A stretch of 64,000 nucleotides of DNA from positions 480,001-544,000 of the forward strand of contig CAWDRG010000017.1 in the NCBI GenBank assembly GCA_963804645.1, written 5' to 3'. A program made the translations under genes and the position numbers. The notes beneath the pieces are model-generated. The model was not told the DNA's origin and ran no database searches. It saw nothing but the letters and a program-made list of their open reading frames with translations. This DNA comes from an uncultured Bacillota bacterium. Lineage in GTDB: Bacteria > Sysuimicrobiota > Sysuimicrobiia > Sysuimicrobiales > Segetimicrobiaceae. This document shows, piece after piece, positions 10,839 through 21,007 of the stretch. Position 1 is the first letter of the stretch. Each line of letters begins with the position of its first letter.

Positions 10839-12132
10839 GGTAGTGTCAAGTGTTTTGTGTAAATTCCCGTGAGAGAGAGCGCCTCGCCTGCCGGACATTC
10901 AGAGCCTGAACGATCGCATAGATAATCCGATCACAGCTGGCCACGTTCGTGAAGCACGTCATGGGGCGCGTGCGCCGGCGGACTTCGCGAAACACCCGTT
11001 CAATCGCGTTCGTCGTGCGCACCCGGCGCCAGTCCGCCTCGTTGACGGCATAGAAGCTGAGCAGAGCGTCCTCCTCGCGCGTCAGACAGGCGACCGCCGC
11101 GGGGGCGGTGGCCTGCCAGGCCTGGACCCACTGGCGCAGGAGGCGGCGCGCGGCGTGGGCGGTCGGCGCCTGATAGATTCGGCGCGCCATGCGCAGACAC
11201 GCGTCCCGGTCCTTGACCCGCAGCCGATTGGCCACGTTGCGGAGGACATGGACCCAGCACGCTTGGCGCGGGACGTCCGAATAGACCAAATCGAGGGCGG
11301 CATGGAGGCCCCGCTGGCCGTCCGTCGTAATCAGCTGCAACTGCTTCCCGACTAACCCGCGGCAGGCCAGCGTCGTGAGAAAGGCTTCCCAGGTGGTTTG
11401 GGTCTCGTAGCGGGCCAGCCGGAAGTCGATCAGGTCCCGCTGCCCGGTCGGCCGAATGCCGTAGGCCACGAGAATCAAGCGGCGCTTGCTCCCCGCGAGC
11501 CCTTTCACCCGGAGGCTGACGGCGTCGAGGAACAGATACTGATAGTGATCGTCCAGCGTCCGGTGGTGGAAGGCCGCCGCGGCTTGATCCAAGGCCCGGG
11601 TGATCGTCGAGACGGTCGTGGGGCTCACGACATCGTCGAGGAGCTTGGCGAGGACGGGCCCGACCTGGCGGGTGGAGAGGCCGCCGAGGAAGACCGCGCG
11701 GACGAGCGCGTTGACGTCACTGGTGCGGCGCTGATAGCGGCCGAGCACCGAGGGCTGGAACCCACTCTGGCGGGCCCGGGGAATATGGAGATCGGGGATG
11801 GTGCCCCACGTCGTCACCAAGCGGCGGCGGTAGACGCCATTCCGATACCCCTGCCGGTCCGGATTCCGAGTGTACCGGCCGGCATTCAGATGGTTGATCA
11901 ACTCGTCATGCATCCGGTTCTCCAGCAAGAGCTTGACCGTGCGGAGCGTCTCTCGGGAGACATCCCCCCACAGGGTCGCTTCATCCTTGACCTCCTTCCA
12001 GAGATCGGCTACGGTGAGATCGGTCAGTGGTCGCACACTGGCCATGGGCGTATCCCTCCTTATGGTTGGTCAGGTCGGGGTACGCCCTCTCTTTTCGGGC
12101 TCCTGCTTTTACACACAATACCGTACACTACC
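10839..12132 (-). mobile_element. IS256-family insertion sequence (1294 bp)
   Basis: IRs GGTAGTGTCAAGTGTTTTGTGTAAA / GGTAGTGTACGGTATTGTGTGTAAA; 9-bp TSD AGAGCGGCC at 10830-10838 and 12133-12141. Confidence 0.95.
10846..12045 (-). CDS. IS256 family (Mutator-type) transposase
   Basis: YRNG.Y.R.L.T..G, GLSTR, YLFLDA, ITTDG..GL, QACWVH, RTTNAIER; frame is intact. Confidence 0.95.
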   Translation of the reverse strand: MASVRPLTDLTVADLWKEVKDEATLWGDVSRETLRTVKLLLENRMHDELINHLNAGRYTRNPDRQGYRNGVYRRRLVTTWGTIPDLHIPRARQSGFQPSVLGRYQRRTSDVNALVRAVFLGGLSTRQVGPVLAKLLDDVVSPTTVSTITRALDQAAAAFHHRTLDDHYQYLFLDAVSLRVKGLAGSKRRLILVAYGIRPTGQRDLIDFRLARYETQTTWEAFLTTLACRGLVGKQLQLITTDGQRGLHAALDLVYSDVPRQACWVHVLRNVANRLRVKDRDACLRMARRIYQAPTAHAARRLLRQWVQAWQATAPAAVACLTREEDALLSFYAVNEADWRRVRTTNAIERVFREVRRRTRPMTCFTNVASCDRIIYAIVQALNVRQARRSLSREFTQNT

Positions 12133-12160
12133 AGAGCGGCCTCGCGGCGGCGGGTGATGC

Positions 12161-12761
12161 CTAAGGGAGATGTGCCATCAGCCACGGGACCGTCGGAAGC
12201 AGCGCGTTGCGCAGCATCTCGAGGGTTCCCAGTGCCGCCACCGGCCCGCTGAGCGCCGACCCCGAGCTGTGGATCTCCCCGACGAGGCGTCCCTGACCGA
12301 CGTCGAAGATCTGGACCACCACGTCCGCGGTAATGAGTGCGGACCCGTTGCCGTCCTTCGCCCCTTGCGGCGGCTGCGTGCCCCCGCCCGCGGTGCCGAC
12401 GATGGGCAGCCACCCGACGACGAGCCGATCCGTCCCGGCCGCGCGACCGAGATCACCGAGCCTCGCAAACGACAGCACATCCTGGTTCTGCCAGCGCACC
12501 GCGGTCTCCGACCGCTCCATCATGGCGCGAGGCGCCACCGCGATGCCGTCGGCGCCGGCCGCGCTCGCGAGGAGCGTCGTGAGCTCGGCGGCCGCCGCGC
12601 GCGAGGGGACCACCGAGTTGATGTTCGCCTGCGGACCCGGCGCGTAAAATTCGACTACGCCCACCGAGACCGGCGCCGCGGCCGCGCCGGCAATCCATCC
12701 GGACCCCACGAGCCCCTGCGATGATCGTCGCACACGCGCCGATTCGCCACGCGATCCTCAT
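12161..12761 (-). CDS. Secreted hypothetical protein, CsgG/TolB-N-like alpha/beta domain (frameshift ~12715)
   Basis: Signal MRIAWRIGACATII.., then VGVVEF, LGRAAGTDRLVVG and VQIFDVGQGRLV patterns. Confidence 0.5.
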
Positions 12762-12935
12762 GCCCCGCCGCTCCGGTGTCATCTGTCTCACCCTCCCCGC
12801 GTCACCGCGGAACCCGCCTCAGGCTGCCCGTGCGGCACACCGTAGCACGGACGTGTCACGCCGAGGTCACCGCCTGGTCGCGATGACGTCCTCCCAAAAT
12901 GCACGCGTCGTTCGCGCCGCCCCGGACGTGCGCCC

Positions 12936-13667
12936 CTACGTGGAGGACAGGTCCGCCGCCCCTTCGATCTCCCGGAGCACCGCCTCGGCCGCACGCCGGG
13001 GATCTGACGCGTGGACGATCGGGCGCCCGACGACAAGCAGATCGGCGCCCGCCGCCACGGCGGCCCGCGGCGACAGCACCCGGCGCTGGTCGTCCTCCAC
13101 GGAGCCGGCCGGGCGAATGCCCGGGCACACCAGCAGAAAGTCCGGGCCGCATGCGGCCCGGACGGCGCGCACCTCGAGCGCCGAGGTGACCGCCCCGTCG
13201 AGACCCGCCGTCTTCGCGAGACGGGCGAGCCGGTCGACGACCTGCGCGGGATCGCCGTCGATGCCGGTCTCAGCAAGCGTCGCGTGGTCCATGCTCGTGA
13301 GCAGGGTCACGCCGAGCACGCGAAGCTGGGCGCCGGGCGCGGAGCGGGCCGCGGCGTCGGCCGCCTCCCGCGCCGCCCGCATCATCTCCGTGCCGCCGGA
13401 CGCGTGCACGGTGCAGAGGGCGATCCCCTGCCGCGCCGCCGCGCCCACCGCGGCGCCGACGACCGACGGGATATCGTGGAGCTTCGTGTCGAGGAATACC
13501 CGGCCGCGCCGCGCGACCGCCGCGACGGCGGCCGGGCCCGCGGCCGTAAACAGCTGGGACCCGATCTTGAACCACCGAACGGCCCCCGCGAGGCGGTCCG
13601 CCAGCGCTTCCGCCTCGGCCAGCGTGGGGACGTCGAGCGCGACGATCAGTCGGTCGCGCGGGTCCAT
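12936..13667 (-). CDS. pyrF: Orotidine-5'-phosphate decarboxylase
   Basis: LIVALD, FLDTKLHDIP, TVHASGG, VTLLTS, CPGIR, DDQRR, VVGRPI. Confidence 0.96.
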   Translation of the reverse strand: MDPRDRLIVALDVPTLAEAEALADRLAGAVRWFKIGSQLFTAAGPAAVAAVARRGRVFLDTKLHDIPSVVGAAVGAAARQGIALCTVHASGGTEMMRAAREAADAAARSAPGAQLRVLGVTLLTSMDHATLAETGIDGDPAQVVDRLARLAKTAGLDGAVTSALEVRAVRAACGPDFLLVCPGIRPAGSVEDDQRRVLSPRAAVAAGADLLVVGRPIVHASDPRRAAEAVLREIEGAADLSST

Positions 13668-13775
13668 GCACTCCCGTTCCCACGCTGCGGGTCTGGTCGC
13701 CGGAGGCCGCCGGGACCGAAGCACGGCGGCTCCCCGGTTTCCCGGGGAGCCGCCGCCATGTCCGTGCCCGAGCGT

Positions 13776-15847
13776 TTAGAAGCTGTAGTCAATCTGCGCC
13801 CGGTAGAGCAGGATCTGCTGCACACCTGCCACCTGCTCCTGTCGGATCTTGAACGTGATGGCGGCGTTCTGCGAGAATCCGTAGATGATGCCGGCTTCGT
13901 ACGCGGCCTCACCCACGCCGGTGTAGTTGGCGTTCCCGGTATAAAGGTTCAGGTAGACGGTCCAGCTGGTGATCGGCGTGGCCCGCATGGAGAACAGGAA
14001 CCCTTCGGCGTCACCGGGATACAGGAAGTCGTTCTCGTTGACGTCGATTTCGGCTTCGCCGTACGGAGCGTAGAAGTTCTGCCCGTAGTAGGCGTAGCCC
14101 GAGGTCCGTCGTCCAGTTGTGGCCCCAACCCGTCATGCTGCCGAGGTCGAGGTGGAAGTTAACCTGGTACCCCTGGTCGCTCGTGCCGAAGACGGAGTCG
14201 TTCCACTGGGCGTACTCGCCGTCGAAGTTCAGGCCAGGAATGATCGCCCAGTCCACGTACCCGTCGAAGCCGTTGCCGGCCGAGGGGCACGCGATGCCTG
14301 CGCCGGCGAACGAGCCGCTCGTGACCGAGACGCAGTGGAACCCGTTCGATTGCAGCGCCGAGTTACCCAACCCGGGGTTGATCGAACCGCCGCCAGGGCC
14401 GTAGACGTGCCACTGTGCCGCGTTCCCGAACCCACCGGGCCCGGACGTGTTGTTGGACGCGGTAATCGTGTTGCCGACGTAGTCGATGCCGGCGCGCAGG
14501 CCGGGGATGATCTGGAAGTTGATGTTGGCTCCGTACGCATCCTCGCCGTAGATGTAGGCGCTGGACGGCGGGAGGGGCGTCTCCGGGTTCAAGGCGCTGC
14601 CCGTGTTGCCCTGGATGCGCAGGACGACGAACTCGAAGTGCATGTCGGCGGCCTCAGGAATGTTCGAGTTGATCCGCAGACCGTCGGCCATGTTGAAGCC
14701 GGCGCTCGCGGTCGAATCTTCCCAAGTGTCGCCGTTGTCGTTCATGATCAGACCGAACGGACCCCACTGAATCGGATAGCACGTGGTGCCGCACGGCGTG
14801 TTGTTGCCGTACCGGCCGAGACGGATCTCGAGCGGCAGGCCCCACGCGTTCCGCCAGTCCAGGAACGCGCTGTCAACCGAGCTGAACGACCCGTTGCCGT
14901 CCTGAATGCTCGCCGCCTGCGTGCCGAATGCCGGCGCGGCGACCGCGGTGCCGATGTTGCCGCTGTTGAAGAACTGGTAGCCGCCCGTCGTCAGGACGCC
15001 GATGACGTAGTGCAGATCCGGCTGGACGGACCCATCGAACCCGAGCTTGAACTCGTAGCGCGGCCGGTTCGTCACCGCGGAGATCGTCGAGCTGATCTGC
15101 GAGCTGCGCGGGTTGCCGTCAACGCCGAACGGGCTCGATGACCCGTTCTGCAGGTACTGCCCCGTGCCGGCGCCGGTCCCGCTGCTGCTCGCGTTGACGC
15201 CAATGATCGTCCCGCCAACGAGCGCGGGGTTCTGGGGGTTGGACGTCCCGGGGATCTGACCGGGACCGTAGTTGAACGGCACGCCGCCGACCTGGTTCGG
15301 GGTGCCGCCCGAGATGTTCTGGGGGGTCCCGGTCAGGTTCTGGCCGTTCGCGCTGCCGTAGGTGACCTGCCCGGCGTCTTCACGGAACCGGAGTGCCGCC
15401 GGTGACCCTCACGTTGTCGAGCCGCGCCTTGATCGCGTTGAGCTCTTCCTCAATCGCGGTCGTCCGCACGCCCAACGCGGCGAGCTCGGCCCGAAACTCG
15501 TTCACGAGCCGGGTAATCGTGTCGAAGTTCGCTGCCGTCATGGCCTTCAGCGCGTTGAAATCCGCGACGCTGGGCGCCGGAACGGGCGCGGGAATCTGGA
15601 TGCTCTCAATCCGCGCCAGCAGCCGTGCCACGACCATGGCCATTTCGTACCGCGTCATCGCCCGATCGCCCTTGAAGGTCCCATCCGGGTACCCTTCGAT
15701 CAAGCCCTTCGCCGCCAGTTCCGCGATCGCATCGTACGCCCAGTGGTTCGTGGGCACGTCCGCGAACGGCTGCGCGAAGGCAGGAGCGACAGTGGCGAAC
15801 ATGAACGCGGCGGCACACAATACCGCGATAGCCTTCATGGCTCGCAT
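13776..15847 (-). CDS. SLH-domain outer-membrane porin, OmpM/SlpA-like (frameshifts ~15390 and ~14100)
   Basis: Signal peptide, SLH motif FADVP.NHWAY..GLIEGYPDGTFKG..MTRYEMA, coiled-coil EFRAELAALG, beta-rich body and C-terminal ..IDYSF barrel signal. Confidence 0.88.
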
Positions 15848-16077
15848 CTCATTCCCCCTTGCGTGTGATTCGGGGGACGGCAGGGACGGACCAGCCCGAG
15901 TGACCGTGTTTTCTCGCGCTTCCCGCAACCCCGCACGCTACCCCCGTGTGACACCTGTCCCGGGACCTCGCCCTGCGATGCCTCCCCCTCCCTCCGGGCA
16001 AGAGCTCCCGCTCGCGGCTCTGCGCCGCTCGAGCAGGTGGCAACTGGTTAGAAAGCCTCTGCAGATGATGACGTGTC

Positions 16078-16107
16078 ATGCTAGTCGACTACCTGTTCGA
16101 TTGTCAA
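16078..16107 (-). promoter_or_regulatory. Probable promoter of the SLH-porin gene, with a ~225-nt 5' UTR
   Basis: TTGACA-18 bp-TAGCAT in an AT-enriched stretch. Confidence 0.55.
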
Positions 16108-16169
16108 GGAAATGTCACAGGTCAGACTTTCCCGATGATCGATCTACGACGCCCTTATCATGATCTCCT

Positions 16170-16653
16170 TCAACGGAATATCACAATCCGACGCCAGAAG
16201 TCACGAACTGATGTTCGTATGATAGATCCGGCGCAGGCTGCTACCCGCTCGGATGCCCGTCGCCCCGCTTCGCCCGCCAAATAGGCTTCGCCGAGCACGA
16301 TCGCCGCGTAATCGTCGTACGGTTCCGCGGGCGTCAACAGCGATCGCGGCAGCAGGCGCCTCCACCCTCTGGGGGGATGGTCAACGAAGTAGCGGGCCCG
16401 CGCTGCCAGCGTCGTGCCCGCCTCATTGACCGCGAGCACCGGCACGGAGAGACCGGCCAGCGCTTCCAGGGCGCCGCGGGCGCCGGTCCCCGCGCCGATC
16501 ACTACGCGCTCGACCCGGAACGCCGCCGTCCACTGCTGCGGCCACGGACGCAAGGTCGGCGAGCGGCACCACCCGGTGGGCCAAGATCTCGCCCGGCGCG
16601 CACGCGGCGATCCCGCACTTCTGGCGTCCCGGATCAACCGCCAGCACCCTCAC
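16170..16653 (-). CDS. YqgF/RuvX-like RNase H-fold nuclease (frameshift ~16535; 3' end uncertain)
   Basis: VLAVDPGRQKCG, VVIG.GTG, VNE.GTTL.AR.RYF..HPPRGWRRLLP, DDYAA. Confidence 0.8.
16204..16217. promoter_or_regulatory. LexA (Cheo-type) SOS-box-like palindrome
   Basis: CGAAC-TGAT-GTTCG, an exact GAAC-N4-GTTC match. Confidence 0.5.
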
Positions 16654-17570
16654 CGGAACGTCAGCTGCACCGGCCCGACCGTGTACGCGTCCTCGAGCGC
16701 CACCGCGTGGACTTCGACCACCGCCTTGCTCGCCTCGACGCGGTCGAGCACCTGAAGAAACACCGCGGGGTCGATCCGGACGTCCGGCGGCGCCGAGGCC
16801 AGCGCAAACGGCGGCGAGATGATCCCGCGCACTCGTGCCTGGGCGGCCACGGTCGAGCCGAGGGCCAGCATGGCGTCCTCGACCCTCGCGCGCGGCGCGC
16901 GCCCGTCGATCCGCGTGGTCGCGATCGACTCCCCCTGCCGAAAGATGAGCGCGTTCGGGAACACGAGCAGCGAGGCCCGTAGCGGCAGCCCGCGGACCGT
17001 GTTTTCCGTGGCGATCAGGCGGACGACCATCGGCTGCGCGCGCTCGGCGATGTCCCGGGAGACGCTGTCGACGGTCACCCCCGCCGGATAGACCTGCACC
17101 AGCACGCCGTCGGGACCGGGGGCCAGCCCCTGCTGCCGCGCCGCCTGCGCGGCCAGGTCGAGGAACGTCTGCACACGGCGGCGGATGTCGGCCAGCGGCG
17201 CCTGCCCGTCGATGACGGTGCGGAGGACTTCCTGATCGTTCTGATAGATGACGTCGCGGTACTGGAGCGCCTGGACCTGCGCCCGCTCCTGCGCGATCTG
17301 CGCTTCGAGCGCGTGCGTCTGCTGCTGCAGTTCCTGCAGGTGGAAGAGCGCCTGGCGGGCGTCGTTGCTCACGAGCAGCACCACGCCCAGCGTGACGACC
17401 GTGATCAGCATCCCGGTCATGACCGTGATCAGCTCGGCGGTATGGCGCGGCCGCAGCCCGAGCACCGACAGGCGGCGCCGCCCGATGCTGCGCCCCACCA
17501 GGTTGCCGATAAACGCGACGAGGCCGCTGACGAGGATCAGGACGGGAATCAGGATCGCGGCGACGGTCAC
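16650..17570 (-). CDS. DUF3084-family membrane-anchored coiled-coil protein
   Basis: GLVAFIGNLVGRSIGRRRLSVLGLRPRHTA signature with two N-terminal TM helices. Confidence 0.8.
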   Translation of the reverse strand: MTVAAILIPVLILVSGLVAFIGNLVGRSIGRRRLSVLGLRPRHTAELITVMTGMLITVVTLGVVLLVSNDARQALFHLQELQQQTHALEAQIAQERAQVQALQYRDVIYQNDQEVLRTVIDGQAPLADIRRRVQTFLDLAAQAARQQGLAPGPDGVLVQVYPAGVTVDSVSRDIAERAQPMVVRLIATENTVRGLPLRASLLVFPNALIFRQGESIATTRIDGRAPRARVEDAMLALGSTVAAQARVRGIISPPFALASAPPDVRIDPAVFLQVLDRVEASKAVVEVHAVALEDAYTVGPVQLTFR

Positions 17571-18295
17571 GGCGCGGCGCCCTCCTGGCCGCGCGCGCGC
17601 CGCCGGCCCCAGAGGCGTCCGAGCAGGCGCACGTAGTTCACGATCTCCCCGCCGCCCAGCTTGCTGCTCCCGCCGGCGCGCTCCTCAAACCGGTACGGGA
17701 TCTCTTCGATCCTGGCACCGCGGTGCGCGACCAGGAGTTCGAGCAGGAGCTTGTAGCCGATGCCCTCAAACACGACGCCGTCAAACAGCGACCGGCGGCA
17801 CGCGAACAATCCGGACATCGGGTCCCGCACCCGAATCCCGAGGAGGGTGCGCGCCAGGCGCGTCGCCCCCCAACTGAGCGCGCGGCGCCACACGGGCCAC
17901 CTGGCGATGCTCCCGCCCGGAACATGACGGGACCCCACCGCGATGTCGGCGCCGCCGGCGATCGCGGCGAGCAGTGCCGGCACGACTTCCGGGGGATGCG
18001 ACAGATCGCTGTCCATGATCAGCAGCACGTCGCCCCGCGCACGCCGGGATCCATCCAGTACCGCGGACGCGAGTCCGGCCTTCCCGGGGCGGGTCAGCAC
18101 CACGACGGGCAGCACGTCACGTAGTTCGACGCCCACGGCGGCCGCCACCTCTCCGGTCCCGTCGGGCGACGAATCGTCGACCACCACGGCCTCGGCATCG
18201 AATCGCGGCCGCCCGATCACCGCGCCGAGCCGGCGCAGCAGCAGCGGCAGCGTGTCCCGCTCGTTGTACGTCGGCACGATCACGCTCACACGCAC
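17567..18295 (-). CDS. GT2 polyprenol-phosphate glycosyltransferase (Dpm1/ArnC-like)
   Basis: IVPTYNE, VDDSSPDGT, MDSDLSHPP, GSR, DPMSG, EEIPY.F.ER..G.SKL. Confidence 0.9.
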   Translation of the reverse strand: MRVSVIVPTYNERDTLPLLLRRLGAVIGRPRFDAEAVVVDDSSPDGTGEVAAAVGVELRDVLPVVVLTRPGKAGLASAVLDGSRRARGDVLLIMDSDLSHPPEVVPALLAAIAGGADIAVGSRHVPGGSIARWPVWRRALSWGATRLARTLLGIRVRDPMSGLFACRRSLFDGVVFEGIGYKLLLELLVAHRGARIEEIPYRFEERAGGSSKLGGGEIVNYVRLLGRLWGRRRARGQEGAAP

Positions 18296-19924
18296 TCAGA
18301 CCGCCCCCGGCACGCGGCCTCCGAGGGCTTCTCACGCACGACGAGATCGCCCCGGGCCGCGACCTCCACGAGGGGCGGGTCGAGCGCCGGGCTGCTCGCA
18401 GCCGGTTCCGCGCCCGTCGTCACGAGAAACATCCGTCCCGGCGCGCAGAGACGCTCCCGCAGGGTGGCGGGATCGTTGATCCAGATCACCGGGTGATCGC
18501 TGTAATAGATCAGCGACGTCGGCATCCCGATGCGGTAGCCGATCACCTGATCACCGGGGCGGAGACGCCGTCCGAGCTCGACCGCGAGCGGTTTCATCGG
18601 CCGCTGCTGGTCGACCACGGGCGCGGTCACCGTGTAGAGCACCGCCACGAACAGCGCCATCGTAGCCGGCAGGGCGAGGAACGCCCGCATGTAGCGCCCC
18701 GCGCTGAACAGCACCGCGGTGACCGCCGGCCCGACGACCAGCACGACCAGCGGCGCGATCAGCGCGGGCCGTACCGCGGCGAACTCCCGCGGGTACCGCA
18801 CGGTGGCGAACGTGGCGACCGCGAGCGCGAGCAGCGCCACCACGCCGATTTGGAGGAAGAACGACGTCATCAGCGTGCGCCCCGAGCCGCCCGGCCCCTT
18901 CGAACAGAAACTCCTCCCAGAGCCGGCCGATGGCGATCGCGGCGACCGGAAAGATCGGAAACACGTCGTCGGGGAGCCTCCCCCCGATGGCGAGGGCGCC
19001 GGCGAACACCACCCCGCACCACAAGAGACAGAGCAGGCTGCCGTCCTGCCAGCGCCGCAGGTAGTGGTACACGATCGCGCCCGGGAAGAACGCGGCCCAC
19101 GGGACCGCTCCCAGCACCAGCACCGGGACATCGTACCAGATCGAGTCGACCCTCGGCCCGGCCGGGCGCATCCACGGGCCGGTGAACGCCGCGGCGAGGA
19201 ACGCCGTGCCGCCCCGGCTCACTTCCACCACGTACCACGGGGCCGCGATCGCCAGATACACCGCGGCGCCCCACCCCCACGGAATCTCGCGCCAGCGCCG
19301 CAGCGCCCGCCGGTAGGCGAGAAACGGCAGCAGCACGGCGGCGAGGAGCACCAAGGTCACCGGACCGCGCGTCAGCGTGGCGAGCGCGGCGAAGGCGAAG
19401 CTGGCAAGGTAGTCGCCGCGGCTCCGATCCCGGTACCCCCGGTAGAACGTGTACAGGGCGAGCAGCAGGAAGGTCACCTCGGCGGAGTCCAGCACGGCCA
19501 GGTGGGACATCAGCAGGTACTCGAGCGTCGTCGCCAGGATCAGGCCGCTGAGGATGCCCGTCCGCGGACCGAACCACTCCCACCCGAGCAGGCAGGTGAC
19601 GCCGACGCCGGCGACCCCGAACAGCGCCGCCCAGATGCGCGCCGTGAACTCCGTGAACCCGAACGCCCACCCCGTCGCGGCCTGCAGCCAGAGCCACAGC
19701 GGCGGCGGTCCGAACCACGGCCGGCCGTCGAGGTGCATCGTCATCGGGTCGCCGGTCGCCAGAATTTCCCGGCCGGCCTGCGCGTACCGGGACTCATCCA
19801 CGTCCCACAGGCTGCCGGCGCCGATCCGGAACGTGAAGAGCGCCGCGGCGAAGAGCAGCACCAGCCCGAGCAGGATGAGTTCGCGACGCCGCCCGAGCGG
19901 CGAGGCGCCGCTCAGTGCGCTCAC
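18286..19924 (-). CDS. ArnT/GT39-family multi-pass glycosyltransferase (frameshift ~18880)
   Basis: LWDVDESRYAQAGRE, PPLWLW, EFTARI, ATLTRGP, PWY motifs and many TM helices. Confidence 0.85.
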
Positions 19925-21007
19925 CTGGCGGCCCGCACCAGCAGGATCGCGCCGGCGCCGCCGACGAGCACGTCGGGGAGCCAGGCGGCCAGTACGGGCG
20001 GGAGGAGGGCGCCGTCCGAGGCGAGCTGCGCGGGAATGGCCACCAGGTAGTACGCGACGAGCACGAGGATGCTGAGCCCGAAGCCCATGCTCGGGCCGGA
20101 GCGGTGCGGGCGCATGCTGAGCGGCAGCGCGATCAGCGCGAAGATCATGCAGCTGACGGCGCTCGCGATCCGCGTGTTGAGCTCCCCCACGTAGGCCCGC
20201 ACGTCCGCGCCCTCGCGGCGCAGCCTGACGAGCTGATGCACCAGCGTGTTCATGCTCATGTCCGACGGTTGCTCCGGTGGCACGGTGAACTCCTGCGGCG
20301 ACCGCGGCACCGTCACGTCGAGCGTGCTGAACTGGGTCGTGATGATGCTGCCGGCCTGAAACACGTACACGTGCCCCTTGCGGAACGTCCACTCCACCCC
20401 GCGGAGATACGCGGCGTCCTGGGCTTCGATCATCTGGAGCGGCTGTCCCCCCGTCAGGTACACGACCGTGACCCCCTCGAGGGTACGCGTGCGCGGGTCG
20501 TACCGGTGCGCGGTGTACAGCGCGTTGCCGCCGCTGGTCGGCGCCTGGAAAAACACGTTCTCCACCGGCCGGAACGCCGGGCCGTGCGCCATCACGTCGT
20601 TGAACACGGCTGCGGTACTGGTCGTCGCTGAGGCTGACGACGCCCTCCGAGAAGATGAGCACGCCCACGGTCGCGATCGCGCCGGCGATGACGAGCGGGA
20701 CCGCGATCCGGTACAAACTGATGCCGGAGACCCGCAGCGCGGCGACCTCGTTGTGGTCGGTCAGACGCCCGATGCCGAGCACGGTGGCAAGCAGCACCCC
20801 CATCGGCACGCTGAACGCGATGAAGTAGGGGATCTTGTAGGCCATCAGCACGAGCGCCGTTTCGAGGGCCACCCCCTGCCCGATCACCAGCCGGACGAGG
20901 TAGAACAGCTGGTTCATGATGAGCAGCACGCTGAACAGCCCGAGGCTGAACGGAAAGAACGACCCGACCTCGGTCCACACCAGGCGGTCGAGCAGCGTGC
21001 CGATCAC
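19921..21007 (-). CDS. lptF: LPS export permease LptF/LptG (frameshift ~20610)
   Basis: LLDR, P.GVLLATV..GRL..HNEVAALRVSGISL, PSDMS, ALPLS and LAAWLP; adjacent to lptB. Confidence 0.9.

Noticed and set aside
8238..12132. Composite transposon carrying the 10416..10763 gene
   Set aside because: The two IS elements belong to different families and each has its own TSD, so they are independent insertions.
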